This document shows positions 22,469-34,932 of a stretch of DNA of 64,000 nt, piece by piece; position 1 is the stretch's first letter; every line of letters begins with the position of its first letter. The notes beneath the pieces are model-generated. The model made no database searches and was not told the DNA's origin. It was given only the letters and a program-made list of their open reading frames with translations. The DNA is taken from assembly GCA_001599295.1 (NCBI GenBank), contig BCGN01000002.1, positions 1,054,001 to 1,118,000 of the forward strand, written 5' to 3'. The DNA is from Sporopachydermia quercuum. Taxonomy: Eukaryota. The translations under genes were made by a program, and so were the position numbers.

Positions 22469-25008
22469 TCATAGGTCAGGTAAAAAGTCCGACTGGGTGC
22501 TTGTAGGATTCATGACATCTTCAAACATTAAAGAGTAGATATCAGAAAGCCATTCGTTACTTCTCGGATTCTTCTGAGCATTNTCAGCAGCAAGACTTAA
22601 TACGTTAACCAATTCCTCGTTTGCTACTACTGTTGAGTTCATATTAACAGGAGTCGAAGAGAAATCACTATGATTCAAATTGACATTAGCATCTCCTGCC
22701 AATCCTGCACCAAAAGGTTGGGTGTTCCCCGGTTTTGCGGATGAGGGAATGTTCATGTATTCAGAATTGCTTCCTGAGAACATCACGACATCATTTTGAT
22801 TTAAATGCTGCTGTTGTCGTTGTTGGTGCTGAGGCCTATGTCCAGAAAAGCCTGACAAATCAGAGCCAATTGGACCAGGACCTGTATTATTTGGAGTGTC
22901 GGGCTGCGAAATCCCACTTATATATGGACCACATAAAACATCAATAATCTTAATGAATCTTTCAGCCAATTCATTCTTAGAGGATAAGGCTTTCAGAACT
23001 GACTTTGACCTTAGAATATCATCAATCCACGTGTAACTATCAGGAGCATTAGGCTCTGAACATACACATACTATTGCAATCAATATAGCTTGGAATAAAA
23101 AGTAGGTAGCATACCAAACTGCAATATTTGTCAAGGGATACGTAGATATATACTCTTCAACTGAATAGATCGTCTCATGAGCACTTTTCAGACATATCCT
23201 ACAACATTCCTGGCATTCTGGTGTACTGACTCTTTCTAAAGCTTCCAAATCCTTCATTCCTAACACTCTATGCCAAATGAATGCCCTGAATATAATTATA
23301 CGTAAGTTTTTATACCGCCAAATTAACCGGTACCTCGTTAAAGGTAGCCATTCATTATCTCTTTGACATTGGAATGGTACGTTCTCTTTAAAATAAGGCG
23401 GCAGTTGATCAACAAACTTCTCTATTCGTTTATCCAAGTCAATACATTCCTGTGCTGTTAATCCTGGTCGACAGTTCATTCTATTGTAGATTTCATTAGC
23501 TGTCAAAGTGAATCGTGTTTGATGAAACAAACCTGAATATATCGTTGGTTCGTCCGTCTCCTTTGGCATGACTTGAGTGGACAAAGTCAATTCCTCGTCA
23601 TGAATATTAGACACTTCTTTCACATCGATCATTTCCTTTGGCGGTAAGTTAATTGGTCTACCAAAGGTCACTGCTGCACCAGAATCAAATATGAATAAAC
23701 CCCACCAAAGCCTTCTTCTTATCTCTAAATTCAATGGAGCTGTCTTCCAGTCAGTGAATTCTTTATGGAGGCCAAGTCCCAAAGCCATTCGGACAGCCAA
23801 TCCAAGATAGTTCCAACCAGTGTTTGGTTTGTTTCTCTTTTGCACATAATTACTTAGTAGTGTTAAAGCTTGTAGTAGAGGAATGCTACCAGATTCAAAT
23901 ACACTTGCTGATATGAATTTTTTGGCTCGTCTGTAGAAAATTAAATCCGCACCTGAGTTTTCACTATTGACAATACTCCATGACCCCAAAGCTAACACAG
24001 TGTTCAATAAAATCTGCCATACAGGCTCAGGAGGTCTTTTTATTGTGCCTTCGTATTGACCCCGAAATGTGGCTTCATGTATAAAAGGATAAGATGTATG
24101 ATACAAGCGGAAGTAACCTTCAACTAGTCCATCGAGTAAATACTTTGGCATTTCAGAATCTTCGTCCGGTAAATTTATCCCCATCAATTGTTGGTTACCA
24201 GAAGCCAAAGGTAGGTCCCATATACTTAATTTTAATGAACGTAATAGCACAGCACTTGAGGCAACTCCGAAATAACCATTACCTTGAGGATTTACCGATA
24301 GCGCTGCCATACCATCAGTAACAGTATAAATATCTTCCTCAGCCCAGTCAAAACCATCAGCTCCTTCAGGGACATCGTCTGGTGGTAATTCGGGGACAAA
24401 TCCTTCGTCAGATAATGATCTATTTAAGTCCTGACTTGCTGGTTCAACAGACCAGCTCGGATCTCTGGCACTAGAAGTTACGCCGGCTGCGTCTGATTTC
24501 ATACCAATTAACTCATCGATATTCACGTCAGGCATCAAATCTGCGATGACTTTTTCCAATTTCCGCACTCTCGTTTCAACATATGTTAAGTAGACTCTTG
24601 TCAACGGTGATCTGACAACCTTTGGTGAATAGCAACATGTCCATTTATGTTCGATACATTTTTTACAAGCTGGGAGTTCTTTTGAACACTGTGGAAGATT
24701 AGTAATCAGGTTGCAACTAGAGAGGAGATAAAATGGCTACAAATCTAAGAAGTTCCAATATCTAAACATACCTTTAACTTCCTTTTCCTACAGGAGTCAC
24801 ACTAAACGGACAATTTGTTAGTATAGTAAAGACAAACCTAACGGTAAGCTACTCATCCTTGCTGGAAATCTATAATCAACTGGTTTCTAACACAGTACTC
24901 ATTTCAACTTACAGCCTGTTCGATTTTCTGATGGTTGAACCTATCTTCTGAGGTTCTAGATTCCTTTTGGACATATGATTTACTATCACTTGTTGTAACT
25001 TTACCCAT
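22469..25008 (-). CDS. GAL4: Zn(II)2Cys6 transcription activator Gal4/Lac9 (781 aa); exons 25008-24913, 24801-24772 and 24688-22469
   Basis: Splicing rebuilds [49 protein letters not shown]. Also DGFDWAE, the fungal TF middle region and a C-terminal SDIYSLMFED. Syntenic with GYP5 and YPL247C. Confidence 0.95.
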
Positions 25009-26175
25009 AGTAAATACAAGCCATCCAAGCTTCAATCAGCAGGTACTAGAAATGTAATGTATACTAAGTGGTTCCAAGTGATAACCAGTAAAAACAAACT
25101 TCCAACAGTTAGTCTGATCAATCGATACTATTGTAGTCAAGAGGAATTTATCTCCTGCCCTTTCATGATAAAAATATCACGAAAGAAAGAAATTACTACT
25201 GCTCAACGCTTCCTTGTGTCTTATTGAACGTATATCGGTAGATACCCAGAATAAACAGCCTAAGTAAATGTTTACTGAATGCTCGGCCCCAAATATCAAT
25301 AGCTAATATGTTGCACACTCAACCGACGCATAAATCAATAAAATACACTTTCATTCCATCAGTATAAAACCACGATTGTAGTAATCACTAAGATTAAAGG
25401 TGAAAAGTAGAAAAAGTAGAAGTAGTAGTTGATACCATAATACTAAATATCCGCTACACTTAGTATTAATAACCCCACACCATTTTGATAGTTTTAATGT
25501 AAGGCAGAATACATCTGTCCCGCATGGGGTCTTATCTGACCCATTACACAAGAACAATATTTTAGTCCGAGAAGTGTCATGTGGAATTGACAAGATCTAG
25601 GACAGGACACAATATATGTAGAGTTTGAGTAAGACAAGGCAAGACAAGACACAGCATGGTCTGTTTCCACTCCCTCTCTTTGATCACATGACACTACTCA
25701 TAATGTGACATACAGGCACTTACATACCTCTACATATGAAAAGCGCGCTTTCATGTCACATGTATGTAGATCTATCATTTTTCGCGTATTATCTTTTTGT
25801 ATGGTAATGTGTATTTACTACTTACTCGTTTTTCCCTTTTACTGAAAGAATGATGGATTATCACGGTATTCAGCTGATTAATTGATGATTTATATATCAA
25901 TGCTGCAGCCTTAAAAGCCTTGGTATACAATAGATCTATTGATTCTATGTCAAGGTGAACATAGCTAGCAGTTCTTTTCGATTCGCCATACCAGAATGTC
26001 ATGAAGTAAGAATCATAACATACCACTTACAATGCACCATCCATACGAATGTACTTACTACAATCTGACATTTAAATCATAATCTTTACCATCAATAAAC
26101 CGCTGAATTGAATTGATAACATATCTCATACTTAATGGGCAAATTTTCCATGGAATTTTGCTCGCTGAGACCGAA

Positions 26176-29100
26176 ATGTCTCTTCCGCTGAATAATTTGA
26201 AAGGTCATGTTGACTGGTTGATGAAGACCGGATACAACAAACCAAAATTCCCTTCATACTTGCCTTCTACTCAACTAGCCTCTGGTGTTAGAAGCAACTC
26301 AACAGGATCAGCAAATGACAACGATTTCTCTAGTGCCAGTACTAACNTTCGTGAGAATTCAACTCCGGGATCAGTATCACGGCAAGGGAGTACTGGTAAA
26401 TCTGTATTAGAGTATGTGGCTACGATGATGATGAGTAATGGTTTTCTCTGCTTTAATTAACCGTGAACTTACAAAATAAATTTCTAACACTATTACAGTA
26501 TTTTATCCGGTCCTGATTCAAGGTCGTTTGGAAGCTCCAATGATACTTCTACGAAGACCAAATGTATGTATAACAAACGTCTACCTACTTCTTCAGTTGA
26601 ATCATATGCTGCCACTGGCGGAGACAATTAGATACTAACAATTATTCTTAGCCACTATGAAACACTCAGTTCCTTCAAAACCGCAAGGCTTTATTGATCT
26701 CACGGCAGATGAAGATGATTATTCTAAAGAAAGAAGATACGTTTCAAATTCAGGGTTGATTCCCACTCATGAGCCCTCACCGAGTGATAGCGATGAAGAG
26801 ATAGAGTCTTTACTTGATGACATGTTTTCCACTGAATCAAAATCCAGGAAACGAACTCCAAACAGACCGCCTGAAAGTGCTGAAAAGCGTTTGAGAATTC
26901 AACCAGTTCAGCCAATTCCTACTGTGGATCCTCTAAGTTCTGAGGATTCAAACCATAATAATTATAATCCTCATAATATCAATAACACCAATAATAGGAA
27001 CACCATTAATATCCCAGCCAATACAAATAAGGAAAACATATTTCACCATACTGATGGAACTAAAAGCTTTGTTCCGAAATTCGCTCACCCTCAATTGTCG
27101 TTTTCACGAGTTCCTTTAGCAGATACAATAAATACATCTACCTCCAAATCCTTATCTTCAAGTCCTAACAGTCACATGACAGTACATGACAGCTGCAGTA
27201 GCAACAACGGTAGCATAAATAGAAATGGCGAAACTGGTATTAGCACTAAACAGAACAATTCGAAGGACGATTCGTTGATACAGACTTCTAGACCCATAGG
27301 AGTAGATCTACTGGAAAAATGTATCAAAGCCCAGGACTCATTACTGAGATGTGATAAGAAATATATAAAGCTGCTCCAAGAACGAGCAGACGTTTCTGAA
27401 TCAACTTCGTTGTCAGAAAATGAGAAAAACAAAAGAAGGGGGGTCTTGATACCGAAGATTGATACTCTTCATAAGGAGAAGCTGTTTCTTGAGACAGAAG
27501 TTAATTTATTATATCAACAGCTGGAACATCGTGATACTATAACGAAAGACAATGGCAATAGCAATAATAACAGCAGCAACAGCTATAAAACCAGTAACAA
27601 TACCAACAACGTCCCCATCAATAGCAAGTTAATTAATACTAAAACCATAGAAGAAATAGCTGACATGGAAAATGAAATGGACCAACTAGATGATATCTTA
27701 TACTCATCTATAGAGTTAAAGGGTAATACTACGTCTAAAAGGATAAAAGAATTATCGACTAAACAAGGAATCGCAGCAGAATCTCACCCNAGTTTCAATT
27801 CTGGTATTCTAATACCACAGTCTCAACCACTGCGTACTATTGGTACATCTGGTTCTGTTCCAGTTATGGATATCTCAGATGGTGAGCTTGAGACTGATGT
27901 TTCACATCGCCAGCAAGAATTCCAGGAGGCCCTGAGTATTGATGATATAAGGAGCCTTCCATCAACAGCAGTAGAGATGGCACCAGAAGCAGCTGTTGAT
28001 ATTAGCATTGATGATGATGCTACAGAAGATACAGAACCAGAAGATGAACTAGAAGATGAAGAGGAACCAGCAGAAGACATAGAAGAGGATCTATCCTCTT
28101 CCGATGATGCAAATGAGAACTACGATTCCAGCTTTGTTAATGACATGGATGCTGAATTCATTGACGATTCAAACGATGAAGATTACTTTGAAGACTCTGA
28201 AAGCGAAAGCATCTCTACACCAACATCGGCATCATCTTTGAATACCAAACAAGCAAGCGGAAACACCAGAATAAGTGAAAAGGCTCTCACGCCTGCTAAC
28301 ACTTCTATGCTGGATGATGATATATACAATCTTGACAGTGATTTTGATATTGATTTCATTGAGGAGGTGAAGATCAAGGATGAGTTTGAGACAGAAGGTC
28401 AATTGGATCTGGAAGAGCCAGATTATCCTGAAGCTTCCAACAGTGATTTCAATACAATCACAGCAGTTGTTATTCCCAGTTCTTCTGACGATGAAGCAGA
28501 GGCTGAAATTGAAATTGGAGCTTCCACCACAGCGAAAAACTCAGCTCCTACGGATTTATTATCATCAGCCGGAACAACAGCGTCAACGTCAATTCCTTTG
28601 TTAAAAGACACGCTATACAATCAAGATCCAAGCATACATTTACAGGAAATAGCTGACGATGCGTTTTCCGATATCGACGTTGATTATGATATATTACCTT
28701 TAAAGAGCACTACTGCTAGTACTGTTACTGGGAACAATGCAGATCATATTACTTCAGTCGATGCTAATACGCACGATCATACTAACAAGAATGAAAATGA
28801 CGGTAAAGGTAATATTATTATCAGTGAGGCACCATCAAAACCGGATTCAACATATGCTTGGACGCCCGCTGTTCAGGAGATTCTTCATAGTAACTTCAGA
28901 CTATCATCGTTCAGACCCAACCAAGAAGAAGTAATAAACGCGACTCTTTCTGGAAAGGACGTCTTCGTTCTCATGCCCACTGGAGGAGGAAAATCTCTAT
29001 GCTATCAACTGCCAGCGTTGATATCACCAGGCACAACAATTGTAGTGTCACCGTTGATCTCCCTAATGCAGGATCAAGTATATCATTTGGTTGAGAAGAA

Positions 29101-31285
29101 GATAAAAGCAGGAATGATCAGTTCGAGAGGAGATGCCAACCAGCGAAGAACAATGTTCTCTCTATTTGTTCAAGGAGATCTTCAACTGCTATATGTCTCT
29201 CCAGAAATGCTATCTCAAAGCAATCAAATACGATCAGGAATCAACCGGTTGCACAGCAATGGCCAACTAGCCCGAATAGTCATTGACGAGGCTCATTGCG
29301 TTAGCTCGTGGGGCCATGATTTTCGTCCCGATTATAAGGGGTTAGGATACTTCAAGAAGGATTATCCTGACGTTCCAATGATGGCGTTGACAGCTACAGC
29401 TAATAAGCCTGTTCGATTGGATATCATCAACAATTTGAACATGCAAGGCTGCGAGATATTCAAACAAAGCTTCAATAGACCCAACTTATACTATGAAGTT
29501 AGGGTGAAAACAAGAGATCATTTGAAAGAGATTAAGGAGTTCATTGCAAATCAGCATGCTGGAGAATCAGGAATCATTTACTGCCATTCCAAAAACTCCT
29601 GCGAACAGACATCAGAAAGACTACGAGCATTCGGCGTCAGAGCAGACTTCTATCATGCAGGAATGGACGTTGATGATCGTCAAAGAGTCCAGGAAAGCTG
29701 GCAGCATGGATCAGTTCAAGTGATATGTGCTACTATTGCCTTTGGTATGGGAATTGATAAACCAGATGTCAGGTTTGTTATTCATTTGTTTCTTCCGAGG
29801 AATTTGGAAGGTTATTACCAAGAAACCGGCAGGGCTGGTCGTGATGGGAAATACTCTGATTGTATTATGTTTTACAGTTATAGAGATGCCCATACTTTAC
29901 AAACTATGATTCAACGGGACAAAGAACTAGATGGGCCTGGTAAGGAAAAACATCTAGCGAGGGTTCGACAGGTTGTTCAGTACTGTGAGAATACTACAGA
30001 TTGTCGGAGGAAACAAGTGCTGCATTATTTCAATGAGGCGTTTGATGTCAAGCTCTGTAAGCGTGGATGTGACAACTGTCGCTATGGAGATCCATCACAG
30101 CTACAAGAGAAAGACATGACAACAGTTGCAATTGATATAATCAATTTGGTCACAGCGGTTCAAAAGGACCAANTAACTCATCTATATTGTCAAGATGTAT
30201 TTAGAGGATCTCGAAGTAGTAAGATATTGAATTCCGGACATGACCGAGTCACAGGATATGGATCAGGCTCAGGATTAGACAAGCAAGATATTGAACGTAT
30301 TTTCTTCCATTTGATATCAGAAGGCGTTTTAGAAGAATACTCTGTTGCTAACAGAGCAGGATTCAGTACGAATTATCTTCGCAAGGGGAGAAATGCTGGA
30401 AAAGTGCTTTCTGGAGGTAAAAAAGTCATCATGAAGTTCTATCGCATCAATAAGAAGCAAACTAATAGCAGACCCAATACCAGCGGTTCCAATTACAGCG
30501 AAGCTAGCATCGCCGGTAACAATTCCACAACAACTACTTCCATTTCAGACCTGGCTGAGAACTTCAATTATACTGGTGGCATTGTAAGTGCTTCTAGTTT
30601 AATTCGAAAAGACGATTTCACCAGAATCGATCTTGGCTCAACTATTGATACTATGTCTACTACAGAAAATGATCATATCAACTATTCCATACGGGAATTG
30701 AAGCAGATCAAACAGGATAAAATCATAAACCTCCAGAAGTTTGTAAATGCCAATTCTGTGTTTCCAGATTCTGTTATCAGAGCAATGGCTATCTCATTGC
30801 CTCAGACTCAAAACGAAATGAACCTGTTGATTCAGAGCGAAAAGAGTCACGTGAAAAGCTATTTCCGTCATTTCAAGCAATTGTTAGTGAAACTGAAACA
30901 ACAGCGGGAATCCATCAAAGAGGTCCAAATCCCAGGATCATCACATCCTTCTACGCAGGTTACGCAGCCATTAACCCAGGATAGCAGATCACGGTATTTC
31001 AGCAAATCTACTCAACTTTCGCAATCCCAGGAACATGACGACGAAGTATTTGATTTCCTTACCCAGGCTGCCATGCCCAAGAGCCAGCCGAGGAGCCAGT
31101 CCAAAAGTCAGCCAAGTCACAGTCAACGAGGAACGTCTCAGAAGAAATCCACAGCAAATAATTATAACAAGAGGAAAAAACCAGCTAGAAGAAAGACAAC
31201 AAGGAAGCCACCAGCGAAGAAACCTGGCGGAGCCCTTAAAACGCCATCAAATACTGTTGCTTTAATGCCAATGAGAAAGAGTTAA
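26176..31285 (+). CDS. SGS1: RecQ DNA helicase Sgs1 (about 1644 aa); exons 26176-26411, 26499-26563 and 26652-31285
   Basis: MPTGGGKSLCYQLP, DEAHCVSSWGHDFRPDY, QETGRAGRDG, Zn-binding/RQC region and acidic N-terminus. Two GTATGT introns join an Sgs1-like start (MSLPLNNLKGHVDWL) in frame. Confidence 0.96.
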
Positions 31286-32029
31286 GCCTAAAATGATGAT
31301 GAAATATCGGATCAATAATCAATAATGCTTACGGCCTCTCAGCATATATCAACATCAACCATCTACTAAAGAATCATTGGTATACTATCTATCTATATAC
31401 AATTAATGAGTACTTTTATACACTGCTAGCAGTTCTCACCTGCAGTTTGATCTTTTTTCTATGAATAAGAGTACATAAACCAGTAAATTCTGTTATCATC
31501 ACGTGATGTGCTAACGGTTTACATCATTTCCGTCCCATATCGGACTGTTTAAATTACGCTTGATTCCTCCATTAAAGGGGGAATCTNGTGATCATTCATC
31601 AACCTGTCAAACACTCCNGCTGACAATTACTGGCAGAATATACAATACCAATTGCAATGACATATGTCATATCGATCCTTTTACTATCCATATACAGGCA
31701 GACCTGTCCCGGTAAGAGTATCACCAATGAAATTCACAGTATACAAAGAGGTTATTAGTAGCTGATTCATCAAGCTGAGTAATATACAGAATCAGAGATA
31801 CCATTGACTAGATAGGCATCCGACTATCAGTAGCAGTCATTGACCTCACTATTATATAGTAGTAGAAAATAGAAGTATCTGACTAGCATGATAAGCAAAG
31901 GAGTGTTGATACCTTGGAATAAACTACAGATAGTATCTTATAATAATAAATATAAGAAACTTGAAACTGGGCTTTCTTTTGATTGATGCATTGTGTGTGA
32001 ATTGAGATATATAGGAGAATTCAGCAGAA

Positions 32030-33559
32030 ATGAGTAACCAATATTTCAAGAAAAGGAGTTCAATGTCAGCAGCAGTTGGTAAGTATGAGAAGAAATATGA
32101 AAATGAATACGAAAATTCTGTTGATGATGAAGCATATGTTGAAAANTTTGTTGCTTATATTTGAACAATAATTACCTCCAAGTTCTTGTTTTACAAGCTA
32201 TGATCTATTTACTAATTGATATTCGTTAGGCCAGCAAACAGTTTCCAGTAGAGGACATTTCCCTAGTGCATTCAATAACACATATCAAGAACCGAGACAT
32301 GAACCAACGTTTCTCCCAGGTCCAGAAGTGTCAGGGAAAGGTGGAAATGCGTCTTTACCTATACAATCAAGTTACTATCATTCACCATGGACACTTTTTG
32401 GTGCAAGCTGGTCCTCTGGCTCTTACGGAGGAGGAGAAGTTGATTATCTCGCTCTATCCACATATAAGGAAGACACTTCAAACAGGGTAAGTATTTCCAA
32501 TTATCATGCTATTCTGACTACTTTTTTCACCCTGCTAACATTGTGCAACAGCTGACTATACTAGTAGGAACTCCTAGTCTAGACTCGGGACCAGGACTAA
32601 CACCTATCTACGGATACGACTTCATGAAAATATGTGAGACAAAAATTGATTATCCTCTGACAAAAGTTCAATGGCACCCTAATATGAGTAGAGCAACATA
32701 TGATTTGAATGGCAATAGAGGAACAAGTCTTCTTGCTACAACTAGTGACTGCTTGAAAGTATGGAGTCTTGATAGCGACAATAGAGTATTACGAGAACAG
32801 GTGAAACTATACCGCAAAGCCAAAGGAGACAATACGCCGCCAATAACAAGTTTTGACTGGAACAAAGCAGAAACCTCGTTGATTCTGAGTTGTTCTGTTG
32901 ATACAACATGTACATTATGGGATCTTAAGTCGACCAAAAACAGTGCTAAGACTCAATTGATTGCTCATGACAGTGAAGTGCTAGATGTAAAGTTTATAAC
33001 GAGTTCAGTGAACAATTTTGCTTCTGTCGGAGCCGATGGATCTGTTCGGCTGTTTGACCTGCGTGCACTTGACCATTCAACAATCATGTACGAAACTCCT
33101 CAACCAGTGACGCCCTTATTGAGGATAGAGGTTAGTCCAACTGATCCGAATATTCTTGCTACGTTCAATGACAACAGNAGTAGCATAATTCTGCTAGATA
33201 TTAGGAATCCTAGTGTACCAGTTGCATCTTTGGAAGGCCACGAGGCTAATGTCAATTCTATACAGTTTCATCCAACTAGACAAATGCTTTTGTCTGGATC
33301 GGATGATTGTCAAGCGTTAGTGTGGGATTTGACTAAGTGGGAAATGAAAACTCAGAATTCTCTCGGTAGGAGAAGTTCGCTAAATGCTAATAGTTTTCGT
33401 GCCCAACAGAAACCATCGTCATTATCGGCTACAGGAATATTACCAGATTACGCATTCACTTATTCAGGTGAGATCAACAAAGCAATATGGAACGATAAGG
33501 GCAATTGGATAGGCATAGCTTCAGGAAAATCCTTTCAGGGTATTAGGTTTTATGGTTAA
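32030..33559 (+). CDS. WD40 protein, DCAF7/WDR68/AN11 family, YPL247C homologue (437 aa); exons 32030-32078, 32230-32486 and 32552-33559
   Basis: YPLTKVQWHP, PPITSFDWN, KTQLIAHDSEVLDV and ASVGADGSVRLFDLR. Two GTAAGT introns are frame-consistent. Confidence 0.92.
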
Positions 33560-34932
33560 AATCGAGTTTCTGGATATATAAAAAGCTTACATCTAAAAAT
33601 TGGTGAGAAGAAGTGATTTTTCGGCTGGATTTCTATGTTTTGTTCGTTTCGGACCTTCTCATAGCTTCCGATCATAGATTCATTCGACGGTGCCTCAGAT
33701 GGGACAAGATGAATTTTGGAAATTGACTCGGTGAAAACATCGCATGAAACATGCATGAAGATGGAGAGAAAAACTAATAATAAGACAGTACAACTGAACT
33801 GTTATCATTTGAAAATTATTAATAATCTATACCATAGAATCGGGTTGAAAAAATGGAAAGTGTAAAATTAACGATATATGAAGATAATGATCCAGATCTA
33901 TCTGCTGTAGGAATAGACTGAATAAAGTGAAATGAAACAGTTTGTTCGAGATTGGAAGTCTTAGTTCGAGGCATGGTTGGACATGTGAACTTAAATTTAT
34001 CTTGGATGGCTGCAAGTCTAATTAACGGCACCTGTACACGTGATTAATGAGTGACACACAGTCGACTCCTGTNAATCTATCTAATAATACAATCCAACCA
34101 AATTTTGCATTTAATCGTGTTTTTACCGTCTTTAATAATCAATTTCAAGGTCTTTCTTTTCTATTCAATCATNTTACCTCACTCAGGGACACTTTCCTGC
34201 ATATTAATGCATCTCTCACTTAAAGTTCCAANCCCTTCCTCATTTGGAAATCTGAATCAGTGATAAACTTTATTTGGCCCTCTTTTGACCCGGTGATAAG
34301 GATCCACATATCCTTAACTCATTCGTTCAATTGACACTACAATACTTGTATATTCTGGTCAATAAAGCACTAAATAAAATCGATATTCTAATACTCCAAA
34401 GCTCAGTGATTCTTATGGTGCTTTTATCTCAAACTTTCGTCTGCTAGAAGATCCGAAACCAAGCCATAGTCTTTCCATCACTCATCTCATCAACCCCACC
34501 ATTGGACCCCGGTCAGAAAAAATAATTCTCATGTAACCCAATAAATATTTCTTGAGTAAGATGTCTAAAATAATGAAGCTCGACTTCACTATTATTCATT
34601 GTGTTGTTTGTATTTTGGTCCGTTCAGGCAGTTGATTGCTTTTCTTTCTTTCTTTCTCTTCTTCGCTTTGTTTCTCGATATCTTATTAAATTTGATCTGC
34701 ATTAAATGGATTATAGGAAGGCCTCAGAATTCTTTGGTAACTTCTAAATAGACGCGATTAGATACCTAACGAGTCTTACTGCATTGTACCGTATTGTACG
34801 CCTGTGCAAGAGTAGAGCGTTGTCAATTGCACCTTTTTGAATAAAGAGAATTTAATAGAACTGTCTAAATAAGCACGTTAAAGTGTCAATTGACCATATA
34901 CAACTAGTGAAGTTTTCACCGTCTTATCAAGC

